Both the position numbers and the translations under genes were made by a program. The notes below the pieces were generated by a model, which was given only the letters and a program-made list of their open reading frames with translations, had not been told where the DNA came from and did not search any database. From Patescibacteria group bacterium (GTDB lineage Bacteria; Patescibacteriota; Patescibacteriia; PEXW01), in the NCBI GenBank assembly GCA_041665345.1, contig JBAYJA010000001.1, forward strand, positions 393,206 through 457,205: a stretch of 64,000 nt of DNA, written 5' to 3'. This document shows, one piece after another, positions 18,616-27,958 of the stretch; position 1 is the first letter of the stretch, and every line of letters begins with the position of its first letter.

Positions 18616-20442
18616 TTACTTTTTGTCTCCTTTTTGAGCTTCGAGAAGCTTTTTTAGCTCCTCATCGCTCATGTTTTGAACGGTGCCGCGGGCTGTTTCG
18701 TTTTCCCGCTGCGTGGTTATGTGTGCTCGCTTCTCCAAGTTGGTTTCGTTCACCGCCTGTTGCGATTTTGAAACAACAATTTGTACCGAGGTATTATCGA
18801 ATCCCATCATTGGCACTATTGATTCGGGGGTATCGATATACTGGATGACGACTGTATCACCAACCTTGGTAATTGGAAGTTTCGGCGATAGTCCACTGGC
18901 TCCCGCAAATAGTTGTTCACCGTCTTGCAGAAGCAAAATGTAATGCGTTTCTGAGTTTTTATTCTCAGAAGCGAAACGCTGAACAATTCCGGTAATAGTT
19001 TCATTCTCGTGAGCTAATTCGGCAGCAATTTGGTGACCACTGCTAGCCAAAAGTTCTTGGTATTTCCGGAGTGCATCGTATTGGTCCTCGCCCTCAGCTA
19101 CCATCATCTTGTCTACCTCGACAATCGCCACTCCCAGAAAAGAATGGTTTTCACCGAGTAGTGGGACGATGGATGCCATTGTGCCGTAAATGTTATACAA
19201 CACTGGCCCAGAGCCATGCTGGTTTTTATAGGCAACTTTGTTATTCACTGCCTGTATTACACCAGCTTCGGTTCCACCTTTCGCTTTGTAGCGAATCGAA
19301 TTGCCGGTTCTCGAGTCAGTATAGATAAGACCCACCATTGACTCGTCCGCCGCTGCCGTTGAAGTGAGTGTGGTGACCCAATATGGTCTCCCATCGGAAC
19401 CATAGTTTATGCTCGGTGTCTCTCCCTCAATGATGTCTTTTTTTCCTAAGAAAGAATTCCACCAACTGATTGAGTACTGACCCATATCGTCAACATAGGT
19501 CTGTACAAAATCTTTTGGGATCACTCGATCAATCCACTCTGGTATGTTGCCGATTGCATACTCAGTTTTCTCGCCGGTTGTTGGATTGACAACAAGTACA
19601 CCGCGAACTTTTGGTCCCCAAAATGATATTGTAGGCTCAAAAATGGTAATGACCCAGTAAGGTTGTAGACTGTCATCAACTTCAAAAGAAAAGTCGCATA
19701 ATCCAATTCCTCTGTACCCATTGTTCCATAGGTACCGGGGCAAATTATTACCGAAGCACGCTTCATTCATGTAGACGAATTTGTGATTCAATTTAATTTG
19801 TACTGGGAAACGTGGATCCTCAGCGTCAACCATGACATAGCCCGGACTTACCTTAGCAGATGACCATTCCCAAAAACCATTAAATTCAAATGGCGCCACG
19901 TACCACAGTTGACCGTTGACGATCTGTAACGTCATGTGATCTTTCGATACATGAAATTGTGATCCTAGGGCACCAGGGGCATCGCCTAATTGCTTGTCGG
20001 CAAGCCATTCGGCGAGTTCCTTCGTTACCATTCTAATATCTTCAGGATTTTTTGGCTGGACGTCTTGTGTCCAGATCCTTTCTTCGACATCACCAATCAT
20101 GCGTGCATATTCGTCGGAATGGAACAAGCTACCGCCGTACATTGCAGTTATGATAATGATGGCAAATCCAATGACCGGAAATGCAAGGGAGAAATTGGGA
20201 TGAAACTCGTCTCTACTTGAATCAAAGCATGCTACTATCGCGCTGATGAGCCACAGAATGCAAACCATCATTCCATAGTAGCCAAAAAGCGGCCAGACCA
20301 TGGAGGGAAGAAATGACCAAATGATGAACCAATTGGCGAGTATGCTGATGATCACCGTAATGACCGCAGCAGCAGTTTTCCGAAAAATCAGCATGGGAAT
20401 CACGCCAATAATGGAAATAATAAATGCTAATAAGAACGACAT
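18616..20442 (-). CDS. large membrane protein of unknown function (4 N-terminal TM helices plus a ~480-aa extracytoplasmic domain) in a low-GC insertion
   Basis: Strong SD AAGGAGG before the ATG. GC is visibly lower than the flanking rpmE and rpsB. No recognisable domain. Confidence 0.65.
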   Translation of the reverse strand: MSFLLAFIISIIGVIPMLIFRKTAAAVITVIISILANWFIIWSFLPSMVWPLFGYYGMMVCILWLISAIVACFDSSRDEFHPNFSLAFPVIGFAIIIITAMYGGSLFHSDEYARMIGDVEERIWTQDVQPKNPEDIRMVTKELAEWLADKQLGDAPGALGSQFHVSKDHMTLQIVNGQLWYVAPFEFNGFWEWSSAKVSPGYVMVDAEDPRFPVQIKLNHKFVYMNEACFGNNLPRYLWNNGYRGIGLCDFSFEVDDSLQPYWVITIFEPTISFWGPKVRGVLVVNPTTGEKTEYAIGNIPEWIDRVIPKDFVQTYVDDMGQYSISWWNSFLGKKDIIEGETPSINYGSDGRPYWVTTLTSTAAADESMVGLIYTDSRTGNSIRYKAKGGTEAGVIQAVNNKVAYKNQHGSGPVLYNIYGTMASIVPLLGENHSFLGVAIVEVDKMMVAEGEDQYDALRKYQELLASSGHQIAAELAHENETITGIVQRFASENKNSETHYILLLQDGEQLFAGASGLSPKLPITKVGDTVVIQYIDTPESIVPMMGFDNTSVQIVVSKSQQAVNETNLEKRAHITTQRENETARGTVQNMSDEELKKLLEAQKGDKK

Positions 20443-20713
20443 GCGTTCCTCCTTCTTGAGTTACAGTTATTCAGTTTTCAATATTCAGTAGTTACTTCAA
20501 AAACATTCCACAATAGCATAGAGACGACAATTTGTCAACCCCAAGCCGGTGAACCCTTGCCATAGAATCGCGGACATGGTAGATTCATTGCGCTTTCTAT
20601 CTCACATACGTCCGGCCGCATTTCGGTGCGGCAGGCCTGCAATTCCTGGTTCCTGCACATGGGAACCCTGCGGGTACAAACGACGTAGCGGCTAATTTCG
20701 AAAGGATAACACT

Positions 20714-21451
20714 ATGCGCGAGGTCACACTCCTCGAAATGCTCCAAAAGGGCGTCCACTTCGGGCACCAGGAATCACGCTGGAACCCCAAGATGGATCAG
20801 TACATCTTCACGTCCCGCAACGGGATTCACATCATTAACCTGGAATCCACCTTGGCCAAGCTTCAGGCCGCGGCCGTGTTTGCGCAGACCGTGGGTAAAG
20901 GTGGTGGCAACGTGCTCTTCGTGGGCACCAAGCGCCAGGCCAAGGACATTGTGCGCCGGGCAGCAGAAGACTGCGGCATGCCCTTTGCCGTGGAACGTTG
21001 GATTGGCGGCACACTGACCAACTTCAGCACCATTCACGAGCTCATCAAGAAGCTCCGCCGGCTGAAGAGCGAGAAGTCGGTTGGCTTGTTTGAAAAGTAC
21101 ACCAAGAAAGAACGCCTGAGCTTCCAAGATGAAATTGAAAAATTGCAACGGGATATTGGCGGCATGGAGTATATGGACACTCTGCCTGCAGCCTTGTTCG
21201 TGGTTGACGCGGCGAAAGAGCGGACGGCAGTGCGTGAAGCGCGGAAGATGAACATTCCGATTATTGCCATGTGCGACACGAACGCCAATCCTGACGCCGT
21301 GCAGTACGCCATTCCCGCGAATGACGATGCCACCAAGTCCATTGACCTGGTTGCCACTGTGCTGGCTGAAGCGATTGCCGAAGGGAAGAAGCTGATGCCT
21401 GCTACCGCACCTGCTGCGGCACCAGCGGTTCCCGCAACCCCAACCGTCTAA
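20714..21451 (+). CDS. rpsB: ribosomal protein S2
   Basis: MLQKGVHFGHQESRWNPKM S2 signature. Confidence 0.92.
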   Translation: MREVTLLEMLQKGVHFGHQESRWNPKMDQYIFTSRNGIHIINLESTLAKLQAAAVFAQTVGKGGGNVLFVGTKRQAKDIVRRAAEDCGMPFAVERWIGGTLTNFSTIHELIKKLRRLKSEKSVGLFEKYTKKERLSFQDEIEKLQRDIGGMEYMDTLPAALFVVDAAKERTAVREARKMNIPIIAMCDTNANPDAVQYAIPANDDATKSIDLVATVLAEAIAEGKKLMPATAPAAAPAVPATPTV

Positions 21452-21473
21452 CCATTTTCCAAGGAACACTCCT

Positions 21474-22055
21474 ATGCCCGTATCCATTTCCGATATCCAA
21501 ACCCTACGTGAACGTACTGGTGTTGGCATGATGGATGCCAAGAAGGCATTGGAAGCGCACAACGGCGATATTGACGCGGCCATCACCGAGCTCCGGAAGT
21601 CTGGCCAGAAAGTGGCTGACGCGAAGCAGAGCCGCCAAACCCGAGAAGGGGTGATTGGTACCTACGTGCACTCGAACAACAAGGTTGTGGGCGTCATTGC
21701 CCTGGCGTGTGAAACTGACTTCGTTGCCCGCACCGAAGCTTTCCAAGAGTTGGCGCATGAGCTGGCTATGCACGTGGCGGCCATGTCACCAATCTACGTG
21801 AGCAGTGAGGACATTCCCGCAGACGTGCTGGCGAAGGAAGAGGAAATTGCCAAGAGCCAAGCCGCGGGGAAACCGGAAGCTGTGGTCGCAAATATTGTTG
21901 CTGGGAAAATTCGAAAGTACGCGGAAGACCATTGCTTGCTGGACCAGGCGTACTTCAAGGATGACAGCCTGCGCGTGCGTGATGTCATTGGTGCGGCAGT
22001 GCAACGCTTGGGTGAGAATATCCAAGTTCGCAGCATTGCCCGGCACGCTCTGTAA
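21474..22055 (+). CDS. tsf: elongation factor Ts
   Basis: N-terminal UBA-like TGVGMMDAKKAL and dimerisation region; the usual rpsB-tsf operon. Confidence 0.9.
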   Translation: MPVSISDIQTLRERTGVGMMDAKKALEAHNGDIDAAITELRKSGQKVADAKQSRQTREGVIGTYVHSNNKVVGVIALACETDFVARTEAFQELAHELAMHVAAMSPIYVSSEDIPADVLAKEEEIAKSQAAGKPEAVVANIVAGKIRKYAEDHCLLDQAYFKDDSLRVRDVIGAAVQRLGENIQVRSIARHAL

Positions 22056-22058
22056 GGT

Positions 22059-22982
22059 ATGCTCACGGACTGGATTCTCCTGGGGATTTTCGCAGCAGCA
22101 GTCATTACCTGCGCGGTTATCATCTGGCGAAAATTGCCAACCCTGGCTGGCATCCGCATTGAAGCAACAGCAAAATTTCAAAACGAAGCAAAGAAGCAAG
22201 CTATTCTTGACCAACGGTTACAGCAGAAGCTGGGTACGGTGGAAGCGGCGATTGCCCGCAATGCCAAACGCGTGTTTGCGAAGGGTATGACAGGGATGCA
22301 GCGTCTGCGTCAGCACTTGGTCAAGATGGAACGCGAGTACCGGCGGAAAGTCATGGCGCAGAAGTCGTTGGAAGATCCACTGGCACTTCGGTCCCGCGTC
22401 GCAACTGGACTGGCTGATGCGCAAGCCGCTTTTGAACGGGAAGAGTACGCCCGGGCAGAGCAGCTGTACGTGGATGTGGTGAGCCTGGATCCAAAGAATG
22501 CAGATGCGTACCTGGGTTTGGCTGACGTGGCCATGGCGCAGAAGAATTACCCCAACGCCCGGGAAGCTCTGCAATTCGTGCTCAAACTCCGGTCGTCCAG
22601 TGACGGCGCCTACTCTCGCCTGGGGCACATTGCCAGCGAAGAGGGGAAGCTGGCTGAAGCGGAAGCTGATCTCTTACAATCCGTGGCCCTGAATGCAAAA
22701 GTGGCCAGTACGCAGTTTGACCTGGGGTTAGTAGAAGAGCAACTCGGTAACCAAGACCGAGCCACTGCAGCCCTGCGTGAGGCCGTGATGCTGGAACCGG
22801 CAAACCCAAAGTACTTGGATGGTGTGCTAGAGTACGCGCTCCGACGGCAGGATCGCGCCCTGGCTGAGGAAAACTTGGCCCGCTTGCGCGAAGCAAACCC
22901 AGAAAACCAGAAGATTGTGGAATTTGCTGAACGTATTGCCGCACTGCCAGAAAAAAAAGCCGAAACCAAAACAGCAAAGTAG
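22059..22982 (+). CDS. TPR-repeat protein with an N-terminal TM anchor
   Basis: TM helix followed by TPR-like AxxA/YxxLG repeats. Confidence 0.65.
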   Translation: MLTDWILLGIFAAAVITCAVIIWRKLPTLAGIRIEATAKFQNEAKKQAILDQRLQQKLGTVEAAIARNAKRVFAKGMTGMQRLRQHLVKMEREYRRKVMAQKSLEDPLALRSRVATGLADAQAAFEREEYARAEQLYVDVVSLDPKNADAYLGLADVAMAQKNYPNAREALQFVLKLRSSSDGAYSRLGHIASEEGKLAEAEADLLQSVALNAKVASTQFDLGLVEEQLGNQDRATAALREAVMLEPANPKYLDGVLEYALRRQDRALAEENLARLREANPENQKIVEFAERIAALPEKKAETKTAK

Positions 22983-23021
22983 GGGAGAGAGATTTCCAAT
23001 TTGGCAGAGTTAGTCTATTAC

Positions 23022-23113
23022 GCCCACGTAGTCCCGCCCTCGACACAGAAGTGTCGGGGCGAGGATCCACGACCCCGCTGCGGGGTCGGGACTCAGTGGT
23101 AGAGTAAAAGCAG
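23022..23113 (+). pseudogene. duplicate of the tRNA-Thr(GGT) 5' portion (GCCCACGTAG...CTCAGTGGTAGAG) interrupted by a ~60-nt insertion that forms two GC-rich hairpins
   Basis: First 10 nt and the following 13 nt are identical to the start of the intact tRNA at 23143. Insert holds GTGTCG-type and GACCCCG-CTG-CGGGGTC hairpins. Confidence 0.4.
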
Positions 23114-23142
23114 ATCATTACAATCGAGGTTTTAATATTTAT

Positions 23143-23217
23143 GCCCACGTAGCTCAGTGGTAGAGCAGCTCCATGGTAAGGAGCAGGTCAGCAGTTCAAA
23201 TCTGCTCGTGGGCTCCA
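23143..23217 (+). tRNA. tRNA-Thr (anticodon GGT), CCA encoded
   Basis: Manual cloverleaf: acceptor GCCCACG/CGTGGGC, D arm GCTC-AGTGGTA-GAGC, anticodon loop AUGGUAA, T loop TTCAAAT, discriminator U. Confidence 0.85.
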
Positions 23218-23372
23218 GCCTTCGCCCTATGAGGACTACGGCTGGCAAGCCATCCGAAGTCACGCTCAGGCGGGACGAAGGATTGGCAAGCCAGCAATGT
23301 TTATTGGTAAAGTGTATCTTTTTGCATGAGAATGTTGGCGAAGGCTGTCCTCCATAGCTTCTGAGCGACGGA
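23218..23372 (+). repeat. tRNA-trailer composite element: HP1 (GCCTTCGCC...GGCGAAGGC) carrying a ~100-nt insertion, then HP2 (TGTCCTCC-N16-GGAGGACA)
   Basis: Begins at the first base after CCA. Same architecture follows the tRNAs at 23497, 24551, 31609 and 31838. Confidence 0.5.
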
Positions 23373-23422
23373 GGACAAAAAAAGTTTGTCATCAGCCCAC
23401 AGAGACAGGAGAACGTGCGTAC

Positions 23423-23497
23423 GCCCGAGTAGCTCAGTGGTAGAGCAATCGCTTCGTAAGCGATGGGTCGGAGGTTCGACTCCTCTCTCGGGCTCCA
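23423..23497 (+). tRNA. tRNA-Thr (anticodon CGT), CCA encoded
   Basis: Acceptor GCCCGAG/CTCGGGC, anticodon stem ATCGC/GCGAT with loop TTCGTAA, discriminator U. Confidence 0.85.
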
Positions 23498-23660
23498 GCC
23501 TTCGCCCTCGGAGGGCTTCGGCTGGCAAGCCATCCGAAGTCACGCTCAGGCGGGACGAAGGATTGGCAGGCCAGCTATGTACCTCATGGAGTAGTCCTTC
23601 GTAGAGAATAAGGCAAGTCGGCGAAGGCTGTCCTCCATAGCTTCCGAGCGACGGAGGACA
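23498..23660 (+). repeat. second long-form tRNA-trailer composite element (HP1 with insertion plus HP2)
   Basis: About 85% identical to 23218-23372 over the first ~80 nt including CGGCTGGCAAGCCATCCGAAGTCACGCTCAGGCGGGACGAAGGATTGGCA; ends with GGCGAAGGCTGTCCTCC...GGAGGACA. Confidence 0.5.
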
Positions 23661-23746
23661 CAAAGTGTGTACTAAGGTATCGGCTGGTTAACCAGCACAA
23701 TTGGTTCTGTAAAATTCATTCATCACCTCATTCCTGAAATATTCCT

Positions 23747-23902
23747 ATGTCTCAAGATAATCTGATTAAGTTAGAGTGCACCGTGTGCAAGCATGTGAAT
23801 TACCACACGCACAAAAATGTGAAAACCATTAAGGTGCGTTTGCAATTGAAAAAGCACTGCACCTGGTGCGGCAAGCACACGCTACACAAAGAGTCCAAGT
23901 AA
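23747..23902 (+). CDS. rpmG: ribosomal protein L33 (below the ORF-track size cutoff)
   Basis: 51 aa, MSQDNLIKLECTVCKHVNYHTHKNVKTIKVRLQLKKHCTWCGKHTLHKESK, with the four-Cys L33 ribbon. Confidence 0.8.
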   Translation: MSQDNLIKLECTVCKHVNYHTHKNVKTIKVRLQLKKHCTWCGKHTLHKESK

Positions 23903-23907
23903 AGCAC

Positions 23908-24459
23908 ATGCTCCGAGCAGAAGCTGAGGCGTTGCTGCACGAGTTCACGAAGAATGTAAACCTCCGCAAGCACGCGCTGTGCGTTGAGGCGGTCATGCGT
24001 TTCTACGCCAAAAAGTTTGGCGAAAATGAGGAGCAGTGGGGGATTGTCGGACTCCTTCATGACTTTGATTACGAAATTCATCCGACTATAGCCGAACATC
24101 CCCAGAATGGTTCGGCAATTTTACGGGAACGCGGCGTAGCAGAAGAGGTCATCCATGCCATTCTGGCACACGCTCCACATACTGGTGAGCCGTGGGATAC
24201 GCAACTGAAGAAAACTATTTTTGCAGCTGATGAACTGGCTGGTTTCGTGGTCGCGGTGGCGTTAGTTCGGCCCAACAAGAAGCTATCTGAAGTTACAGTG
24301 GAAAGCGTGTTGAAGAAGTTGAAATCTTCCGCATTTGCTGCCAATGTGAGTAGGGAGGAGATTACCCAAGGCGTGAAAGAGTTGGGCATCCCCCTAGAAA
24401 GTCACGTCCAAAACACCATTCAGGCTTTACAAGGCATTAGTGATACACTGGGGTTGTAG
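23908..24459 (+). CDS. HD-domain phosphohydrolase
   Basis: H...HD motif (LLHDFDY) with downstream His residues. Confidence 0.7.
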   Translation: MLRAEAEALLHEFTKNVNLRKHALCVEAVMRFYAKKFGENEEQWGIVGLLHDFDYEIHPTIAEHPQNGSAILRERGVAEEVIHAILAHAPHTGEPWDTQLKKTIFAADELAGFVVAVALVRPNKKLSEVTVESVLKKLKSSAFAANVSREEITQGVKELGIPLESHVQNTIQALQGISDTLGL

Positions 24460-24476
24460 TTTACCAAGTTAACTGT

Positions 24477-24551
24477 GGGGGCATGGTGAAACGGCTATCA
24501 CAGCGGTCTCCAAAACCGCTATTCAAGGTTCGAATCCTTGTGCCCCCGCCA
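24477..24551 (+). tRNA. tRNA-Trp (anticodon CCA)
   Basis: Acceptor GGGGGCA/TGCCCCC, anticodon loop CUCCAAA, T arm CAAGG-TTCGAAT-CCTTG, discriminator G, CCA encoded. Confidence 0.8.
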
Positions 24552-24622
24552 GCCTTCGCTCTCAAGCTTTGTTGAGAGCGAAGGCTGTCCTCCGTAGCTC
24601 ATAGCGTAGGAGGACACCTCCT
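24552..24622 (+). repeat. short-form tRNA-trailer composite element (HP1 a perfect 14-bp hairpin GCCTTCGCTCTCAA/TTGAGAGCGAAGGC, then HP2)
   Basis: Starts immediately after CCA. Confidence 0.5.
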
Positions 24623-24661
24623 GGATCTTTTTGAAAATGTGGTTTCCCATGCGACGGCGGG

Positions 24662-24734
24662 CAAAACCGCTATTCAAGGTTCCCTGTCCACCGAACTTCG
24701 TAAGCGAAGGTAGGTGGGGAATCCTTGTTCCCCT
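24662..24734 (+). pseudogene. duplicate of the tRNA-Trp 3' half (CAAAACCGCTATTCAAGGTTC...GAATCCTTGT) with a 36-nt hairpin insertion in the T-loop
   Basis: Identical to tRNA-Trp positions ~37-57 and 58-69 on either side of an insert holding a CTTCG-TAAG-CGAAG hairpin. Confidence 0.4.
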
Positions 24735-24791
24735 GCAAAGAGAGCCAAGTATCGGTAGACTCTAGTGGTTCAATAACAATAAAGCTTTGCC

Positions 24792-25373
24792 ATGAATCTT
24801 AAGCTGATATTTGGAATAATTTCTACGGTTTTCGCAATCGTCTGTTTTCTGCCGTACTTTAAGGATATATTCGCAAAGAAAACAAAACCTCACATCTATT
24901 CGTGGCTGGTATGGAGTATTCTTCAATCAGTTGGCGTTGTGGCAATTGTCCGTGGGGGAGGACATTTTGGCGCTCTTGGCTTAGCCGTTGGGGCATTATT
25001 TTGTATTTCAATATTTTTTCTTTCGTTTAAGTACGGAACAAAGAATATTACACGGTTTGATACACTCTGTCTTATTGGGTCAATCGCCACTATTATTGTT
25101 TGGTTGCTGCAACATAATCCCACGCTTTCAGTAATTCTAGTGACCCTAATCGACTTTGTTGCATTTCTTCCTACCTACCGAAAAGGGTATGTTGACCCAA
25201 ATAGTGAAACCGTTCCCACATACCTATTAAGTGCAATTTCAAATGTTTTCGCACTACTAGCTATCGCAAGTTATTCGCTGGTCACGTCACTCTATGTATC
25301 GAGCTTGGTAGTATCGAACGGAATTATTGTGCTGATACTCATCCTCCGGAAAAAATATTTACGTCCGATTTAA
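24792..25373 (+). CDS. polytopic membrane protein (about 6 TM), hypothetical; first gene of a low-GC island
   Basis: Hydrophobic segments throughout and an AT-rich codon bias distinct from the flanks. Confidence 0.55.
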   Translation: MNLKLIFGIISTVFAIVCFLPYFKDIFAKKTKPHIYSWLVWSILQSVGVVAIVRGGGHFGALGLAVGALFCISIFFLSFKYGTKNITRFDTLCLIGSIATIIVWLLQHNPTLSVILVTLIDFVAFLPTYRKGYVDPNSETVPTYLLSAISNVFALLAIASYSLVTSLYVSSLVVSNGIIVLILILRKKYLRPI

Positions 25374-25528
25374 TTTTCCGGGGGCGACCCACGTTCCTCA
25401 TTTTTCCATAGAAAAATCGTAAGAAAAGCCGTATAATACAGCTCTGGCAGTGCTGCTTAACGAGTACTCCTTCGCACCGCTTAGTCTATGCTACGTTCGC
25501 GAGGACCCCAGAAGAACTGAGTCACCAT

Positions 25529-26137
25529 ATGACCGAACCGAAACCACGTGCTGTACTCTTCGATGCTGATGGAGTGACGATTATTCCCCAGGCGCCGTTT
25601 TCCGTGCAGTATGCTGCAGCGCATGGACTTGATGCCAAAGTGCTTGGGTCTTTTTTTGATGAGCGTTTTGGTGAGGCGCTCATTGGGAAGCGTGATCTCA
25701 AAGAGCTCCTGGAAGAGCGTCGTGCACTCTGGCAATGGGATGGCTCCATGGAAGACCTTTTGAAGCAGTGGTTTGCAGCGGAGAATGTGAGAAACGAAGC
25801 ATTGGTAACGCTCATCCAACAAGCCAGGAAAAATGGGATTCGGTGCTACCTTGCTACAAACCAAGAGAAGTATCGCACGCAGTTTATCAAGGAAAGTATG
25901 TTCCCTGGGGTATTTGATAAAGTATTTTCTTCGGCGGATATTGGGGTCAAAAAACCAGATCCAAAGTATTACAGGTTTATCATTGATGAATTACGTCGTT
26001 CTCAGGTCATTACCGAGCCGGGCGACCTGGCGTATTTTGATGACCAGTCTTCAAATGTGGAGTCAGCTGGAAAGCTGGGGATACGTGCATACCTCTATTC
26101 CGACGTTTCTCAGGTAGAGAAGTTGTTGCAGTTGTAA
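25529..26137 (+). CDS. HAD-IA family hydrolase/phosphatase
   Basis: DADGV motif I, YLATN motif II, and K...YFDD motifs III/IV. Confidence 0.7.
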   Translation: MTEPKPRAVLFDADGVTIIPQAPFSVQYAAAHGLDAKVLGSFFDERFGEALIGKRDLKELLEERRALWQWDGSMEDLLKQWFAAENVRNEALVTLIQQARKNGIRCYLATNQEKYRTQFIKESMFPGVFDKVFSSADIGVKKPDPKYYRFIIDELRRSQVITEPGDLAYFDDQSSNVESAGKLGIRAYLYSDVSQVEKLLQL

Positions 26138-26147
26138 TTCCATTACT

Positions 26148-26744
26148 ATGACAAAATATTTTGTTAATTCCGGTGGACTATCCAACAAGCCTGAACTCGC
26201 AAAAAAATTCTACAATGAATTGCTGAAGGAATTTGGCACAAAACCCAAAGTATTGCTCTGCTATTTTGCAGTACCGCGAGAAGATTGGGATGAAAAGTAT
26301 AAACAGGGGATAGAGAGAATTCGTGCGGCGGTTACAAACGGTGTTGAACCGATTTTTGATATTGCATTTCCCGATACTTTTGAGAAGCAGGTTGTTGACG
26401 CTGACGCAGTGTACATTAGCGGTGGAGATGATCTCTTATTGCAATATTGGTTACGGCAGTTTGATTTGCAGAAAATATTTCAAGGAAAAACTATTGGTAC
26501 AAGTTCAGCAAGTTCCCATGCAATGGCAAAACATTTTTGGACCTGTGACTGGCGAAAATGTATGGATGGACTTGGGATACTTCCAATAAAATTTCTAGCT
26601 CACTATAAGTCTGCATACGGCCAAGATGATTTACGTGGTCCCATTGATTGGGACAAGGCATATGCAGAGCTTTCGAACTATGGCGATGCATCCCTACCCA
26701 TTCATGCACTTAAAGAAGGATATTTTGTGGTGATTGAGGTCTAG
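26148..26744 (+). CDS. peptidase S51 (dipeptidase E/cyanophycinase-like) family protein
   Basis: AVYISGGDDLLLQYWL and IGTSSASSHAM parallel PepE IVIVGGGNTFQLL and IGWSAGAN. Confidence 0.55.
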   Translation: MTKYFVNSGGLSNKPELAKKFYNELLKEFGTKPKVLLCYFAVPREDWDEKYKQGIERIRAAVTNGVEPIFDIAFPDTFEKQVVDADAVYISGGDDLLLQYWLRQFDLQKIFQGKTIGTSSASSHAMAKHFWTCDWRKCMDGLGILPIKFLAHYKSAYGQDDLRGPIDWDKAYAELSNYGDASLPIHALKEGYFVVIEV

Positions 26745-26805
26745 CGAGTATTAGGAAGACTGGTTCCCAAACACATTATCAAATGACGTATTGTAAAAGC
26801 ACCGC

Positions 26806-27600
26806 ATGATCCAGACGCTATTTCAGAAATTTGTCCAAGCTATTTTCCGACCCAAAGTTCGGAAGTTTGAGCATACAATTGGGTATGCGCTCGCTTTTCG
26901 GAAGATTCCTGGCCGTTTTATTCAGGGCATGGTTGAGTGGGACATAACGAATACATTTAAGAAATTTGGAATCAATGTGGAAGAAGGGGTTGATTACTGG
27001 ACCATGGGGCATATTGTGCATGGCAGTTCTACTCGATTTGACCGACATGCCCCGGAGTATCAAGCCTGGCTTGGAGGATATATCGTGAAGCTCCCATCGC
27101 AAAAAACCTGGACAGTACAGGATCATTTTCAGTTGGCGATCGCTGACCAAAACAGTTGGCTGCATACCTTTGGCGATCCGCAACCAATGACCTCCATTGA
27201 AGGATGGGAATTTACGACTAGCGGTTCACTTACCGCCGGTCAGTATGTCGGCCAGCTCTACGAAGGTGGCTGTACAACCCACAGTGATGTTGGCAATGGC
27301 ACACCCTCTTTGAAGCTCCGTCTTGAGTCTGATGTCATGGCTGACTTATTTAACCTTTCCAATCCTGACTTGCATATCACAGGGAAAATGTTGCTTCCAG
27401 GCATAGCCCCAAATCCTTACGAAACCTTGAGACTTCGAGGCTATGTAGCAATTTTTCATGTAGACGACAATGTGAAAGTTGTACTGTATGGAAACGGTGC
27501 AATTGTCCAAACTCCGGAGCGTACTGTTGATACGTTTGAAGTTTTGAAGCATGATTTGCTTGCAGCTATGCAATCCTGCGAGATTACAAAGATAGCTTGA
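26806..27600 (+). CDS. hypothetical protein
   Basis: 264-aa ORF inside the low-GC island with no recognisable motifs. Confidence 0.5.
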   Translation: MIQTLFQKFVQAIFRPKVRKFEHTIGYALAFRKIPGRFIQGMVEWDITNTFKKFGINVEEGVDYWTMGHIVHGSSTRFDRHAPEYQAWLGGYIVKLPSQKTWTVQDHFQLAIADQNSWLHTFGDPQPMTSIEGWEFTTSGSLTAGQYVGQLYEGGCTTHSDVGNGTPSLKLRLESDVMADLFNLSNPDLHITGKMLLPGIAPNPYETLRLRGYVAIFHVDDNVKVVLYGNGAIVQTPERTVDTFEVLKHDLLAAMQSCEITKIA

Positions 27601-27627
27601 ACTCATAAATATTTATCAAAGAGATAC

Positions 27628-27957
27628 ATGTCTCTAGTCCTCATCGCACAGTTCTTCATAGCCGCAACAGTCAGTTTTTTGCTATGCAAAATTTTCCTTG
27701 GCAAGTACGAGGGTGATAAAATTGGGCGGTCTATTCGGCCCAAGCTTGGAAAGTATAGAGTGCATATCCACCATTGGATTTGGCTCTCGGTTGCACTGAT
27801 CATTCTCCTCGTCGTTAATGTGCATCATCCAGTACTTCTTGGCCTTATTGTTGGCTCCATTATCCAAGGCCTACTGTACAGAGACAGGTTCATCATCGTC
27901 TATCAAGACAAAGATTTCGAAAAGATATACTCGAAGTATAGAAAAATCCCCAGCTAA
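27628..27957 (+). CDS. small two-TM membrane protein, hypothetical
   Basis: Two hydrophobic helices. Confidence 0.4.
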   Translation: MSLVLIAQFFIAATVSFLLCKIFLGKYEGDKIGRSIRPKLGKYRVHIHHWIWLSVALIILLVVNVHHPVLLGLIVGSIIQGLLYRDRFIIVYQDKDFEKIYSKYRKIPS

Positions 27958-27958
27958 T

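Noticed and set aside
20774-21586. 270-aa minus-strand ORF
   Set aside because: Antisense to rpsB.
23157-23604. Small ORFs reading through tRNA-Thr genes and the repeat insertions (shared peptide AGKPSEVTLRRDEGLA)
   Set aside because: The peptide conservation simply mirrors nucleotide conservation of the repeat. The ORFs cross tRNAs and lack RBSs.
23000-24750. CRISPR array
   Set aside because: Repeats near the tRNAs are irregular in length and spacing, are hairpin-type, and lack unique spacers; no cas genes.
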